In this document: positions 1-13,749 of the stretch, piece by piece
Position numbering within the stretch: position 1 is the first letter of the stretch
How the letters are laid out: each line of letters starts with the position of its first letter
Assembly (NCBI RefSeq): GCF_009914755.1
Contig: NC_060930.1
DNA: 64,000 nucleotides
Strand: one strand, 5' to 3'
From: the human T2T-CHM13v2.0 reference genome, Homo sapiens
Position numbers and translations under genes: made by a program
Notes under the pieces: generated by a model
Seen by the model: only the letters and a program-made list of their open reading frames with translations
Database searches by the model: none
What the model was told of the DNA's origin: nothing

Positions 1-321
1 GTGTGTTCCAGGGATTTGCTAATCACCAGCTGGTAACTGATTTACAAGGCTGGAAAGACAGGAGGACTCTTGAATCATGGCCACTTACAAGTAAGATGGA
101 ATGTGTACTGGCTTTAAGCCTTGTCTACTGGCATTCAGATGTTGCTGCCAGGGGAAAGACTTGATGATGGCAAAGAGCCTGTGTGCTATCTTTGGTGCAT
201 TTTTCCGATGTCATCAGCATTGTTCTTGACCCTCACTTTGGTTTAACAATTAAGACCTGCTAAGTAGAATATACTACTTCAGTGATATGTGTGTGCCTCT
301 CTGTCTATTTGTCCACCCGCC

Positions 322-408
322 CGTCCATTGATCTATCCATCTGTTCATCCATCCATCCATCCATCCATCCATCCATCCATCCATCCATCCGTCTATGCAT
401 CTATCCAT
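322..408 (+). repeat. (CCAT)n/(ATCC)n microsatellite
   Basis: About 11 perfect ATCC units with degenerate flanks. Confidence 0.95.
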
Positions 409-476
409 GCAATGAATACTGGGGTTAAGCCATCAATGAATGGGCTAGAATTAACCTCTGAAAGCATTGTTTACAA

Positions 477-682
477 TTGGGGCTGGCAATCTTTTTCTGT
501 AAACGAACAGATGGTAAATATTTTAGGTTTGCAGACCATACTGTCTTTGTTGGAACTAGTCAGTTCTGCTGTTGTAGGGTAGAAACAGCCGTAGACACTG
601 TGTAAATCAATGGCATGGTTGTGAGCCAACGAAATGCTGTTTACAAAAAAATCAACTTGCAGCTATAGTTAGCCCACCCCTC
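477..682. mobile_element. MER58A (hAT-Charlie MITE)
   Basis: ggggctggcaatctttttctgtaaa...gtaaatattttagg...tatagttagcccacccct follows the MER58A consensus, with degenerate TIRs. Confidence 0.8.
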
Positions 683-1189
683 ATTTAGACAGTGGAAGTA
701 TCCGACTCAACATAGTTTGGGAGCTACACAAAAACTTTTAAAGAAGTGTATGAATGCTTATAAGTTTTCTAACACTGCTTTATGTTCCAGGTTTGTTAGC
801 TTAATTATTGTCTATTTTGGGATTTATCTAAAAAAGTAGTTTTATAGATTTTACTGTTTTTTATTTAAACATATTAATCATTTAAATGATATTAAGCTCT
901 CACTGACACTGATTATATAAATGTCATTGGATTGGAAATCTACAAAAAAACAAGGAATAAAATTCACCACTCTATCACCCATAAAGCACCCATTACATTT
1001 AATAGTTTTTACTTATAAACATGATTTTAAAAACTACTTTGACATGGAAATATGGTCAAGTATATTGATGAGTGAAAAAAATGCAGATTGTAGAAGAGTT
1101 CTGAACAGTGTGTACAATGTGATTCTATTTGTGAAAAGAAAAAATATTATATATGCGTACACTAACATACGGTAAATATCTGAATAGAT

Positions 1190-1685
1190 ATGGAATCAGT
1201 TCTTAGTTTTCAAGCAAATGAAATCAACTCTCCAATATAAGCGGAAGAAATTTATTGAAGGATAATAAATTACTCACAGATTTCTGGAGTCCTTGAGAAT
1301 CAGGTTTAGAGGCCATATATCTAGAAGCAATACCCCAAATAACTGGTTCTGCAAAGAGGCCCTGGCAACTGTCAGTCTGAATCCTTGATACTACTAAGCC
1401 TAGATGCCGGATTTGCCTCCACTGTTAGCAGTATTCCAGAATGAATTCTAGACAGTTACTGCTCTTCTGTGTCATCAGCTTCCAATTCAGAGTCTGCTGT
1501 GGGTGCATTGGATTGCCAGAGCCCAAGTTTTGTGCCCTGGCTGCAGAGGAACCTTAGCGGGGAAGAATGTGGAACTCACTTCTGTAGTGGACAAAGGGCC
1601 CTGCCTCCTAAGGTAGGGGATTTACCAAATGTAGGAAGAGGATTCAGAATCTTGGATGCCAGAAAGAGTGAGAGCCGTCCACAGC
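1190..1685. mobile_element. Old MaLR LTR (MLT1 family) within an L1M 3' fragment
   Basis: MLT1-like start (ttagttttcaagcaaatgaaatcaactct...aatttattgaagga); L1ME-like 3' sequence flanks it at ~1020-1190 and ~1690-1820. Confidence 0.5.
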
Positions 1686-1906
1686 AGACTCCTGGGAAAT
1701 TGTTAACATTGGTTACTTCTGGACGGTGGAGTTGGAAGGGCTAACTGGGAGCCTTCCAGAGGGAGGCTTTTACTTTAATTTTATTCTTCTGTCCTTTTTG
1801 AATATACATATATAATAAAAAAGTCCATGGGGAAAATGAACAAAAGGGAACAACAGTTTTTTCCAGCATTTCCACTGATAGTATTTTCGCATAAGAACTC
1901 AAGAAT

Positions 1907-2208
1907 GGCTAGGCGCGATGGCTCACGCCTGTAATCCCAGCACTTTGGGAGCCTCGGGGGGCAGATCACCTGAGGTTAGGAGTTCAAGATCAGCCTGGAC
2001 AACATGTTGAAACCCTGTTTCTATTAAAATTACAAAAATTAGCAGAGCGTGGTGGTGCGTGCCTGTAATCCCAGCTACTTGAGAGTCTGAAAATCACTTG
2101 AACCCAGGAGGCAGAGGTTGCAGTGAGCTATAAGATTGTGCCACTCCACTCCAGCCTGGGCGACAGAGTGAGACTCTGTCTCAAAAAAAAAAAAAAAAAA
2201 AAAAAAAA
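1907..2208 (+). mobile_element. AluS
   Basis: Full dimer with A26 tail and a small deletion in the right arm. Confidence 0.95.
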
Positions 2209-2505
<297 letters not shown>

Positions 2506-2909
2506 AAAGAAGGCTTCTCAGCATAACTGGGCAGTTTTATCAACTTCGTACTCAATTTTATTTTGAAATTCAGTTTATAATTTTCTCCCAGATTCAGTCA
2601 TCTCTATATAACTTGGTTGGGCAGAGAAGTTCATAAAATGGTTTTCTCTCAGATACCAGTGGCTTCCTTTTGGCTTGGTAGAGCTGATTTAGTTTATCTT
2701 TTTGAGGTCTACAGTATTCAGCTTTGAAAAGTAAGGTGTTGTCAGTGACTCTGATTGATGAAGTGTTCATAGATCTAAGGTGAAAAAATACAATCTACTT
2801 TAAAATTTTTGGCCCTACTATTTTTTCCAAACCCCCATAAATTTGCTACTTTCTAGAAAATTGATCTGAGAACTTAATTCAGTTTAATAAAGTTTTATCA
2901 CATGTAATA

Positions 2910-3130
2910 ACAATTTTTAAGAACAATTTTAGATTTACAGAAAAAGTATGAACATAGTACAAAGTTCTTAGATACCACACACAGGGTTTGCCTTATTAAC
3001 ATCTTACATACATGTAGGATACAATTATTATAGTTAATAAACCAATATTGATACATTCTTATTGACTAATGTTCCTTCTTTATTACGATTTCTTTAGTTT
3101 CTAAAGTTTATTTTTTTGTTCCAAGATAGC
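2910..3130 (-). mobile_element. L1MC-type 3' end fragment
   Basis: ttttagatttacagaaaa...aaaccaatattgatacatt resembles antisense L1MC 3'UTR. Confidence 0.6.
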
Positions 3131-3344
3131 TGATATGTTTTATACATTTATATTGCATTTATTCATCTGTGCAGTAATGTCATGGAGCCATATCATAAAT
3201 GCTATTTCTGTTTTAAGTAATACAGAATTTAGAGAAACAAAAAATAAAATAAAGCTTTGCTACAGTGAGCTTCTTAAATTATTTTATGCACAAGTGTCAC
3301 CTCAGAAAAAATGTCCTTTTTTTTTTTTCCTGTTCTGTATTTAG

Positions 3345-3442
3345 CGGAAGAAGTCCCTATAGAACCATACAACATCCCACTGTCCCAGGCCGAAGTCATA
3401 CAGGAAGGGAGTGATGTTACTCTAGTTGCCTGGGGCACTCAG
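3345..3442 (+). CDS. BCKDHB: BCKDHB coding exon (canonical exon 7, c.743-840), (A)[32 protein letters not shown]
   Basis: The T12 tract and tgttctgtatttAG acceptor end at 3344; the donor is CAG|GTGAGT at 3442/3443; 98 nt. The translation matches the recognised BCKDH E1-beta C-terminal domain. Known MSUD codons Q267 (CAG, 3401) and G278 (GGC, 3434) fall at the expected offsets and are wild type. Confidence 0.97.
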
Positions 3443-3579
3443 GTGAGTAGCATTGATCCCAACTGTTAAAACCTACGTTGTGCTTGGAAGCTCTCATTTT
3501 AAATCCTGATACATGAAAAATTGAAAACGATGTTTTCTTTATATCTCAGATTAAGTCTGGTGCTACTGATGCTAATTTC

Positions 3580-3835
3580 TTTTTTCCCTCAACTTTATTG
3601 GTGTGTAATTGACAAATGAAATTATATATCTTCAAGGTATATATGTGATGATTTGATATATGCATACATTGTGAAATGATTGCCATAATCAAATTAATTA
3701 ATGGATCCATCACCACACATAGTTACTATTTTGTGTGTGGGGGTGGGGGCGAGGACACTTCAGATCTATTATTTTCCCTAGTCACTGCTGTATATTAGAT
3801 CCTGAGAACTTCCTCATCTTATAACTGAAAGTCTG
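3580..3835 (-). mobile_element. L1MA9/10-type 3' end
   Basis: ctttattg...aattgacaaat...tacattgtgaaatgatt...ttataactgaaagt. Confidence 0.7.
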
Positions 3836-4559
3836 TGGTACGGATTTCTGAGTGAAGGTGAGGTGTCTATATATATTAAAATGTATATGCATGTGGTGGC
3901 CATAAATATATTACAACAATGTATTAATTAGAAACACATATCTTTTGGAATACATGTATACCCATGTTACTTTCGCTGCAAATGGCTATAATCTTTTTCA
4001 TCACATTTCCTGCCATCTCTCATCATTACTTTGCTGCTCACGTGGACCCATCCACTGGTCAAGCCTCAAAATTCCATATCTTCCTTTTTTTCCAGTGACC
4101 CTCTCTGCTGATCCACTTCATTTTCCCCCCGACTTGCTGTCACTTTGCTCTACCTCCCAACTTTTTCTCTGGCCACGAACTCCTATCTCTTCTACTTTTC
4201 TCTCTCCTTCTTTTACAGATATGGTCAGTTTTAATTTTTCTGTATAAAGGAAATCCTTATTTTAGGAAATTTAGGGCAATGCAATATAAAGAAGATAACA
4301 AAAATAGTTTTCAATATCACAAGCTCCTACTCTCCTTTCCTTTTGATTTTTGGCATGGAGAGCTAGAGTCCTTATGGTTTCTCACCTTCAGTGGGGTAAC
4401 TCTGCTGCTTGGCGAGTTGTATCCCATTGATATTGTCCTTGGTGGGTGTGGCAAACCTTTTTGCTATCCTTCTGTCCACTTTTTGATCCACATCTCTGTG
4501 GTCAGCTCATGACCTTACTTCTCTTTTTAATAGGGAGGTTAGAGTGTATTAGGTATTAA

Positions 4560-5626
<1,067 letters not shown>

Positions 5627-6159
5627 TGAATATAATGGTGATAGAATGTCATTTCCCTGAAACCTTTGGCCAAATATGTTGTATATTTGCAAATAATTCT
5701 TTTGAAATTGTGAGCTATGTGAGCATTTTCAATTGATTTAAAACTTTTAAATTTGCAGCATGAAAGAAAGTTGTATAAACAGCTTCATGCTCAAGGAAAC
5801 AAATCACTATAGAATTTATTTTTCCTCCTGTAGTTTCCTTTGTTTAAAATATTACAAAATGGGGTCCTTTATGCAGTCACCTTGGGTTGAATTGTGTGAG
5901 TCATAGAGCATATCAAGGATGCCGAAGGCACCTGTGTTTTTGACTTCTTATTAGTTATGGTTCAGTAAGCTAGGTTTAATTTAGTCAGGTAAATTAAGTG
6001 ATTTGGCTGAATTTTCATTTATCTTCTCTCCAAAAGTAATGGGGATGGATTTTTTAAAAACATAACTCTGTATATAGTCTTAATACTGTGGATTACAGTC
6101 TAAGGGTTATGTGGAGATTCTGGCTCCTCTAATTTACAGTTTCTATCTAAGTAGCCTCA

Positions 6160-6172
6160 TGACCTTTGGCCT
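6160..6172 (-). promoter_or_regulatory. Candidate nuclear-receptor DR1 element AGGCCAAAGGTCA
   Basis: Exact match to AGGNCAAAGGTCA; motif only. Confidence 0.4.
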
Positions 6173-8039
6173 GATTACATTGGTCTTGTTTTTACTATTA
6201 AGATTTACATAGCCAGTTCCCTCTTAAGAATATAGTTTAGCTCTCATTTACCTCTTTATATCCAGTATCTTTCACACCAATGCCAAGATAATTTAAGAAG
6301 CATCTATTTTCATATTGATACAAAGAAGGTTAAGCACTCTGTTTGTAATAGTCTTATCAATTAAGTCTAGCTACATGTAAATTATATGTACCTAGTCTTA
6401 ATAGATAAGTACAATAGATATATGTACGATTAATAGATAGATGTACAATTACATGTAAAATTGTAGGAAACAATGACATGTATTATTTTTTCTTGATATA
6501 CTGCTATAGTATAGGGCATTTTATATTTACCACTTTTAAGAGCTTTGGCATTTTCATAGCTTTTACAGGCTCTTTCTTGGGTTAGTTACATGAAAATAAC
6601 CTGCAGATACTACTGTAAAAGTATAGCCTAGGATGTTTTTAGGTGAAGAGTGTTTTATAATTTAGTAGAAGATGTAAGATTTGTTATAGTAAATGTTTGT
6701 GAAGACTCACTTGACACCATCTAAACACTTGACATGCTTACAAATGATCCCGAGCCATTCTATTTGTAGTTGCTGTAATTAAGAGCAATATTTCAGATTG
6801 AGTTATTCATAGCTTCATGAAAATAACGCTTTTTGCAGGCATTTTCAAATCAAGTCAGACACCGGGTTTTCTTTCAAATAGCCAGACGTTCCAAATTATA
6901 GTTAAACTAGAGTTGTCTTCTTGTTTGCAACATATATCCACCACTTATCCTGGGGTTTGTATTTTTAGTGTAGATGGTGCTTTTGTATGGGGATATGATG
7001 TTTTATGATGGCGCAGTGCGGAGGGCATTCACATATGGTCAGGGCAAGCACTTTTAGAACTTTATTTACGTATCTATCTATATATATATAAATAATACCT
7101 TAAACATTCAAAAAGCATTTGTAGCAGCTTATTGTAAAGCACAAGTATACTAATACTTCATTTTGGCAACCGTGGAAGCAAAGAGAGTAGAGTTAGGGGC
7201 AGAAAGAAGGGTGAAGTTGTTTATATTTACATCGATAGCAGTTTGCTTTTGCATCACTGTGTTAAATCTGTTGGTCGCATCTTTGTCTGATCCTAGAATG
7301 CAGATCCATTTTCCTTAGGGCTCTATCCTACTGGGAAAGATGAAAGAGGAGACAAGCGATCTCTACTGAATGAGAAAGTGATGCATCAGACCTCTGACTT
7401 ATTAGCGTCATTATTTTGTTTTGTTTTGGGATGCTTTCATCCGGTTGTGACAGTGAAAGCCAGCTTCTTGATTGCTTTGGGTCTATTTGAGACTCTCTTC
7501 GTTGCTGATGATGGTACCTCTCCTGTTTTCTTTTGATGTATCAAAAGAGGTAAAATTTTGATACTTAGCTTTTTCCTGCTAGGATTTAGAGATGATTTTA
7601 AAGAAGAGGGCCCTATAACCAAATATTTATATGGAAAATGAGGGTTTTTTTTCCCCCAGAGTGAAGCTTTTTTAATTCATCTTGATGAATTCTATAGTAA
7701 CCAAAATTTATATTATAATCTCTTTTAATTAGCTGTGTTTTATCAGTTGTTTTTGTCTTATGACTCATTAGATCGCTGAGTTTTATTCGTTGTGTGTCAA
7801 CTAAACCCCAATATATATCTTTTGGAACGCCTGATCAAGAAAAGAAAGCATATTAAAGGCAAAAACGATTCGTTGAACACACATTATCATACTCTATACA
7901 CTAAAATGCCTCTGGGACACTTGAGGAATTCATACTTCTTGCTTAATCCTTGATACATGGTTTGGAAGTTATAAACCAAAATAAATATTTGCTCGGGGAT
8001 AGAGAAAGGAGCAGAGTCTTTGACTGTTGCTCAAGGGAG

Positions 8040-8200
8040 TTAAAAAATTAGAGACTTAAATGGTCCTAGAAACCACAGCTAGTTTTTCCACTCAATTCTG
8101 AACTTGATATTAAAAAGCTAAGCTGGAGACTTCTGAAAAGCACAGTAGAAAATTCTTGAGTTTTGAAGTGCTTAAGAGACAGAGACCTACCCTGTGCCAT

Positions 8201-8244
<44 letters not shown>

Positions 8245-8944
8245 GTGGATTGGCTTAAGAGAATCAGCTGTGTGAGTTCAAAGCCCTGAAATGAGTGGCA
8301 TGTTGACACCGATGACCTATAGCTGCTTTTTAGTTGGCTACACTTGCTATTTGGTCTCAACCAGGTGTGTAGAATCCAGGTATATAGAACTCATATTTTG
8401 TGGGGCTGTAGTGACAAAATTGAAATTTTGAGGGGATTTAAACACATACTTGACCTTTTATTTGCCAAATTCTAAAGGTGTGAATGGTGAAAGGTAAGTA
8501 GAAAATATCTGGAAAGTGAAGCTATCACTTGGTAATGAAGTGACAAAGACCCATCATACTCTCAATTGAAAGCCATGGAGAGTTAGGTCTTACAATTAGA
8601 GGCAAACCAGATGTAGACCAGGTCATCTCAAACCCACAATACAGCCTCTACCCCTTTGAATTTTTTATTGAATTATGTACTTTTACTCTATCTGCGCAGC
8701 AGAGCCAAGGAGTCAATCCTCTCATTATCTGGAACTTCTATAAACCAGCATTCAATAAAAAACTAAGTAGATGAAGAGACAGGAGTATTTGATCAATAAC
8801 AAAGGGGAAAGAAACAATAAAAAGCAGAAGCACAGCTGATCCAGATATTGGAGTTAGCAGACAAGAACATCTTGATTGTTATGCTTAGGAACATAGAGAA
8901 AATAAGGAACAAAAGAGGTAAGAGGGTGGAGAATTACCCTAGAA

Positions 8945-8975
<31 letters not shown>

Positions 8976-11900
8976 ACATGTATGTATATGGATCAAGTAA
9001 ACTTTGTGGAGCCATCAGAGAAATATATATCTGACAATAAGAACTCAATGAATAGGCTTATAACATATCGGACTCAGTAGATGATAGCAATAATGAACTG
9101 GAAGGCTAGTTAATAGAAAATGTCCAAATTGAAGCACAAGTCAGAAAAGAGGATAAAACACATTTGGGATCTGGTCAAAAGATCTGTCTTATATACAATT
9201 TGAATTCCAGAAAAAGAAGAGAGAGAAAATCTCTAACAGTATCTAAAAAAAAATTCTCATGAAGATTTCAGAACATCATTACACAAGCTTTGTTAACTTT
9301 TAAGATTATATTCAAAGAAAACCACACCTGTATGCACAATGGCATAACATCTTAAATTGCTGACTGTGCTAGCCTACAATTCTATATTCAGTGAAAATAT
9401 CTTTTAAAAATTAAGATGAAATAAAAATAGTTTAGGCAAACAGATATTGAGAGAATTTATCACTAGCAGGCTCTCACTAAAAGAAGGTACTGCAAGGGAG
9501 CTCCCTTTGGCAGAAGGAAAATGATTCTAAAAGAAAATATGGAGGAGAGCATACACTATAGCTTAGTATTGATTATCCGAAACAGTAGTCATAATTTTCT
9601 GTGAAAGTTTAAGTTTAGTGAAGTTTAAGTTAAATATATGGAATTGAAATGTAAGACAATAAAAACACAAAAGCTAGGGGGTCTTACATGGAGTTAAAAT
9701 ATTCTGTTGTTCTAGGATTATTATGAAGTGTAATGTTCTGGTTAGGTTATAATCAAGGATACAAGTTATAATCTCCAGTGTAACAACTGAAATAACAGGG
9801 AATGAATGCATATCTAGCAAGTTAATAAGAGAACTATAAATTAATAAAAATATTTGGTTAATCCAAAATAAATAAGTATGAAAAATGGATGGGTCAATAG
9901 ATAACAGATGATAAGATGATATAAACCCAAATATAGAAGTAATTAAATTAAATACAAAAAGATTAAATAAACCTAGTAAAAGTCTAAGATCCTCAGACTT
10001 CATGAAAAACAACTACCACCACCATGTGTAGCTTAAAAAAGGCATACTTTAAATATAAGGACATCAAAATGTTGAAAATGAAAGGATGGAAAAAGAAAGC
10101 TGGTGTAGATACACTAATTTCAAATAAAGCATTAAGGCAAAAAGGACTACTAGAAGTGAAAAGGAGCATTTCATTATGCCAAAGGGACCAGTCCACCTTA
10201 AATATATCATAATCCTAAGTCTATTTCATCCTTAATAACATAGTTTGAAAATAAATAAAGCCATAAACTAAACAAAGAAAACACAGAACTCAGAAGAGGT
10301 ATGAACATATTCACAGTTACAGCAGGAGACTTTAAGACATCCCTCTTAAATCTTGCTTAATCAAGCAGACAAAATCTCGTGAAGTGTATAGAAGATCTGA
10401 ACAAAGCAATTTGTAAAGTTGTCCTAATTGTGCACCAAACTATCAATAGAATATGTAGCATTTGTCAAAATTGGCCAAATGCTGGGGCATAAATATAACC
10501 TTAAAAAATTCCAAAAGCTTGGAGTCATTGAGATTATGTTCTCTAACAATAGTGGAATTCAGTTAGAAATCAAGTGAAAGAAAAGGACAACTAGAAAAGC
10601 CTCGACTTCCTACAAATTAAGTACCTTACTCTAAATAACCGTGGATTACAGAAGAAACTCAAAAATTAGAAAAGAAACTGGACTGAATGTTAATGAAGAT
10701 AGAATATATCAAAAGTTTCAAGAACCAGCTTAAGCCATGCTCAGAGGAAACTTTATAGCTGTAAATATATAAATTTAGGAAATAGGAATAAGAATTAAAA
10801 AAATTAATGATCTGAATTTCCATCTCCAGAAAGAAAATCAAACCTAGAGAAAGTAGAAGAAATGAAGTAATTAAGAGCAGAAATTACTGAAATTGAATCT
10901 GTAGAGAAATTTAATAAAGTAAAATTTAGATCTTTGAAGAGATTAATGTAATTGATAAACTTTTAACTAATGGAAAAAATAGGGTAGAAACAAAGGACAA
11001 ATATTTGTTTGTATGATGAAGAGCCCACAGACAATGGTAAGACAAAGAGGATGTTATGAATAATTTTACAAATAAGTTTTGAGTAAAGTTGACAATTTTC
11101 TGGAAAAATATAAGTCATTCAACATTGATACAAGAGGAATTAGAAAATCTGAATAGTCATGATCTATTAAAAAATTAAATTTAATGTTATTAACTCTCAT
11201 ACAGAGAAAACCCCAGGCCTAAATGGCTTTATTGGTGAATTCTCTAAAATGTAGTCCTTATGCAAACCCTTACGGAGAGTGGAATCAAAGAGAAAACTTT
11301 CAAATTCTTTTTATAAGGCCAGCATAATCTTAATATCAAACGTATTTAGGACAGTATAAGAAAGGAAAATTATAGACAGCTTTTAAAATAAATGTAGAGC
11401 ACATAATGTTCATAAATATTCACAAAGCAGTTGATACAATTCCTCATGTTAACAGAAAACAGGAAGAAAAACCTGACTACCTTGGTAGTGCAAGAGAAGT
11501 ATTTATTAAAATTCAATATTTATTCATGATTAAAATTTCATAGCAACCTAGAAATGGAAGATAATTATCTTACTCTGGTGAAGATTAGTTGCAAAATGCC
11601 TGCAGCAAAAATTATAATTCCTAGTGAAATTTTGACAGCTTTCCTCTTGATATTAGGACTGTCTAGGGAAAAATTTCGTGATACGTATGTCAGAACTTTA
11701 CACAGAAAATCACAGAATATTATTTAGGAAAATTAAAGGCCCATAAACTGAAGCATATAGCATGTTAGTGGATTGTAAGGCCAAGAAGAGCCAGAGCAAT
11801 CTTGAAGAAGAACAAAACTGGAGGACTTAATTATCAAATGTTGAGATGTGTTATTAGTGCTGTAGTAATTATAACATTATATAGGTATAAAAATACACAA

Positions 11901-13010
11901 ATAGACCAATGGAATAAAATAAGAGTCTAGAAACAGACCTGCTGGTTATCTGATTCAGGACAAAGGTGACTTTGCAATTTTGAGAGGAAGAGGTAGTTTT
12001 CTCAATAGAGGATGTTGATTCATTTGGGTACTATGAAAAATAATTATATTAACTCTTACCACACAAGCATCAGTTACAGCTGAGTTGCAGATCTAATTGT
12101 GAAAGGAAAAAATAATGCTCTTGGGAGAAAGCATAGGTGAATATGTTCATGTGATCTTGTGCACTAATAAAACACTAACGTTAAAAAAGGGCTGATAACA
12201 TTGTGCTTCATTACATTTAAGAAAATTTATTCATCAAAAGGGTGCCAATAAGAGAGTAAACAGGTAATTACAGATTTGGAGAAACTCAAGGAAACTTATA
12301 TCTGGAAATATAAAGTACTTACACAATCAAAAAGAAAAGACCAATATCCAATAGAAATATGGGTAACAGTCTTGAAAAGGTACACTAAGTGTTGGCAATA
12401 ATGTGGAGCAATTCAACTCTCATAGACTATTGTTGGTAACATAAATTTGTACAACCATTTTGGAAAATTGTTTGGCAGTATCTACCTGAACCCTATAACC
12501 TAGCAATTCCAATCCTGTATGTGTATATGTGAAGAAATATACAAAAAAAAAAAAAAAAAAACCAGAAGCGTTCATAGGAACATTACTTCTAGTAGCCCCA
12601 CACTGTAAACTGCCGAAGTACTCATCAACTAGAGAATGGATCAATAATAAGTATAATATTGTTCAGCGATGAGAATAAATGAACTAAAAATGTAATGGAA
12701 TAATGTATATTCATCTCATAAACACAAAGAAGCCAGACTCAAGTAAGTACATACTGAATGATTTATTTTATATAGAGGTAAAAAATAGACAAAACTAATT
12801 GATGATGTTAGAAGTCAGGCTAGTGATTATCATGAGAGTGGTTAATAATTGGAAGAGTGTGTAAGGGCTATGAGTTGCTGGTAACAGTTTCTTGTTCTGA
12901 GTGCTGATTATTCAGGTTAAATTTTTGAAAACTGAGCCGAACACTCATTTGGTGCACCTTTTTTGTATATATGTTAAACTTGAACAAAATTTTTAAAAAA
13001 GAAATAAAAA
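8040..13010 (+). mobile_element. Ancient L1M (L1ME-like), ~5 kb, sense to the gene, with ORF1/ORF2 remnants and 3' end
   Basis: A-rich decayed ORF1/ORF2 (ccccaggcctaaatggctttattggtgaattct; atagaccaatggaat); 3' end tgtatatatgttaaacttgaacaaaa followed by an A-rich tail; contains (TG)n at 8203-8242 and 8949-8975. Confidence 0.8.
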
Positions 13011-13749
13011 GAAGCACTATCTTCTGTTTAATTCATTTCCTTTACTTCACATTGTAGTGAGCCCTTTTATGGACTCAGGGAGAGAGAGCCTTGGTGTCCT
13101 TAGCCAGGAAGATTTTCCTTTTATCATGCAGCTCTGTCCACACCCTTCGTTCAGTTTCTCCCTGCAACTCAGCTCAGCTGTCATGCTGATGTGAAACAGG
13201 AGCTCATAAGTAGGGCTGTTCTCTCTCAAGCCTTCCCAGGAGTAAGAACAGTGGTTAGGGTTATGGGCTTTAATGGACTTTCCTGCTGACATGCAGACCA
13301 CATTCAAAATGAGTTAAAAAGTGAGCTGCCGTGTTAACAAAACAGTGGCCAGGCCGAATAGCTGTTGAGGTGCTGTCAAGCTTGAAAGGAAGATTTTTCT
13401 TAAATAAGGAGAAATTCAGAGAAGGTGCCTTCAAAAATAAGAACTTGATTTTGGCAGGAGAATAAACAAAAGGCTTTGAAAGAAACTCAGATTCTCAAGC
13501 ATCGTTGTCATTTAATCTAGAATCAACTACATAACAACACTGCAAAAAAAGAACTGAAGCACAATCATTTACAAGGTCTAGGTGATTTTCACATATCTAT
13601 AGAGAAGAAAAAACTGACACTTATAATTCTGACATGTTTAAACTTTACCTGAAGATTAAATTATGCTAATTATTAAAATGTATAAGAATTTGCCTTTATA
13701 CCGTACAGTCTTTTTAATTTATCTTTTTCTGGTGTGTCCTGCCTCCCAG

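Noticed and set aside
289-582. ORF with HPSI repeats
   Set aside because: Translation of the (CCAT)n microsatellite running into MER58A.
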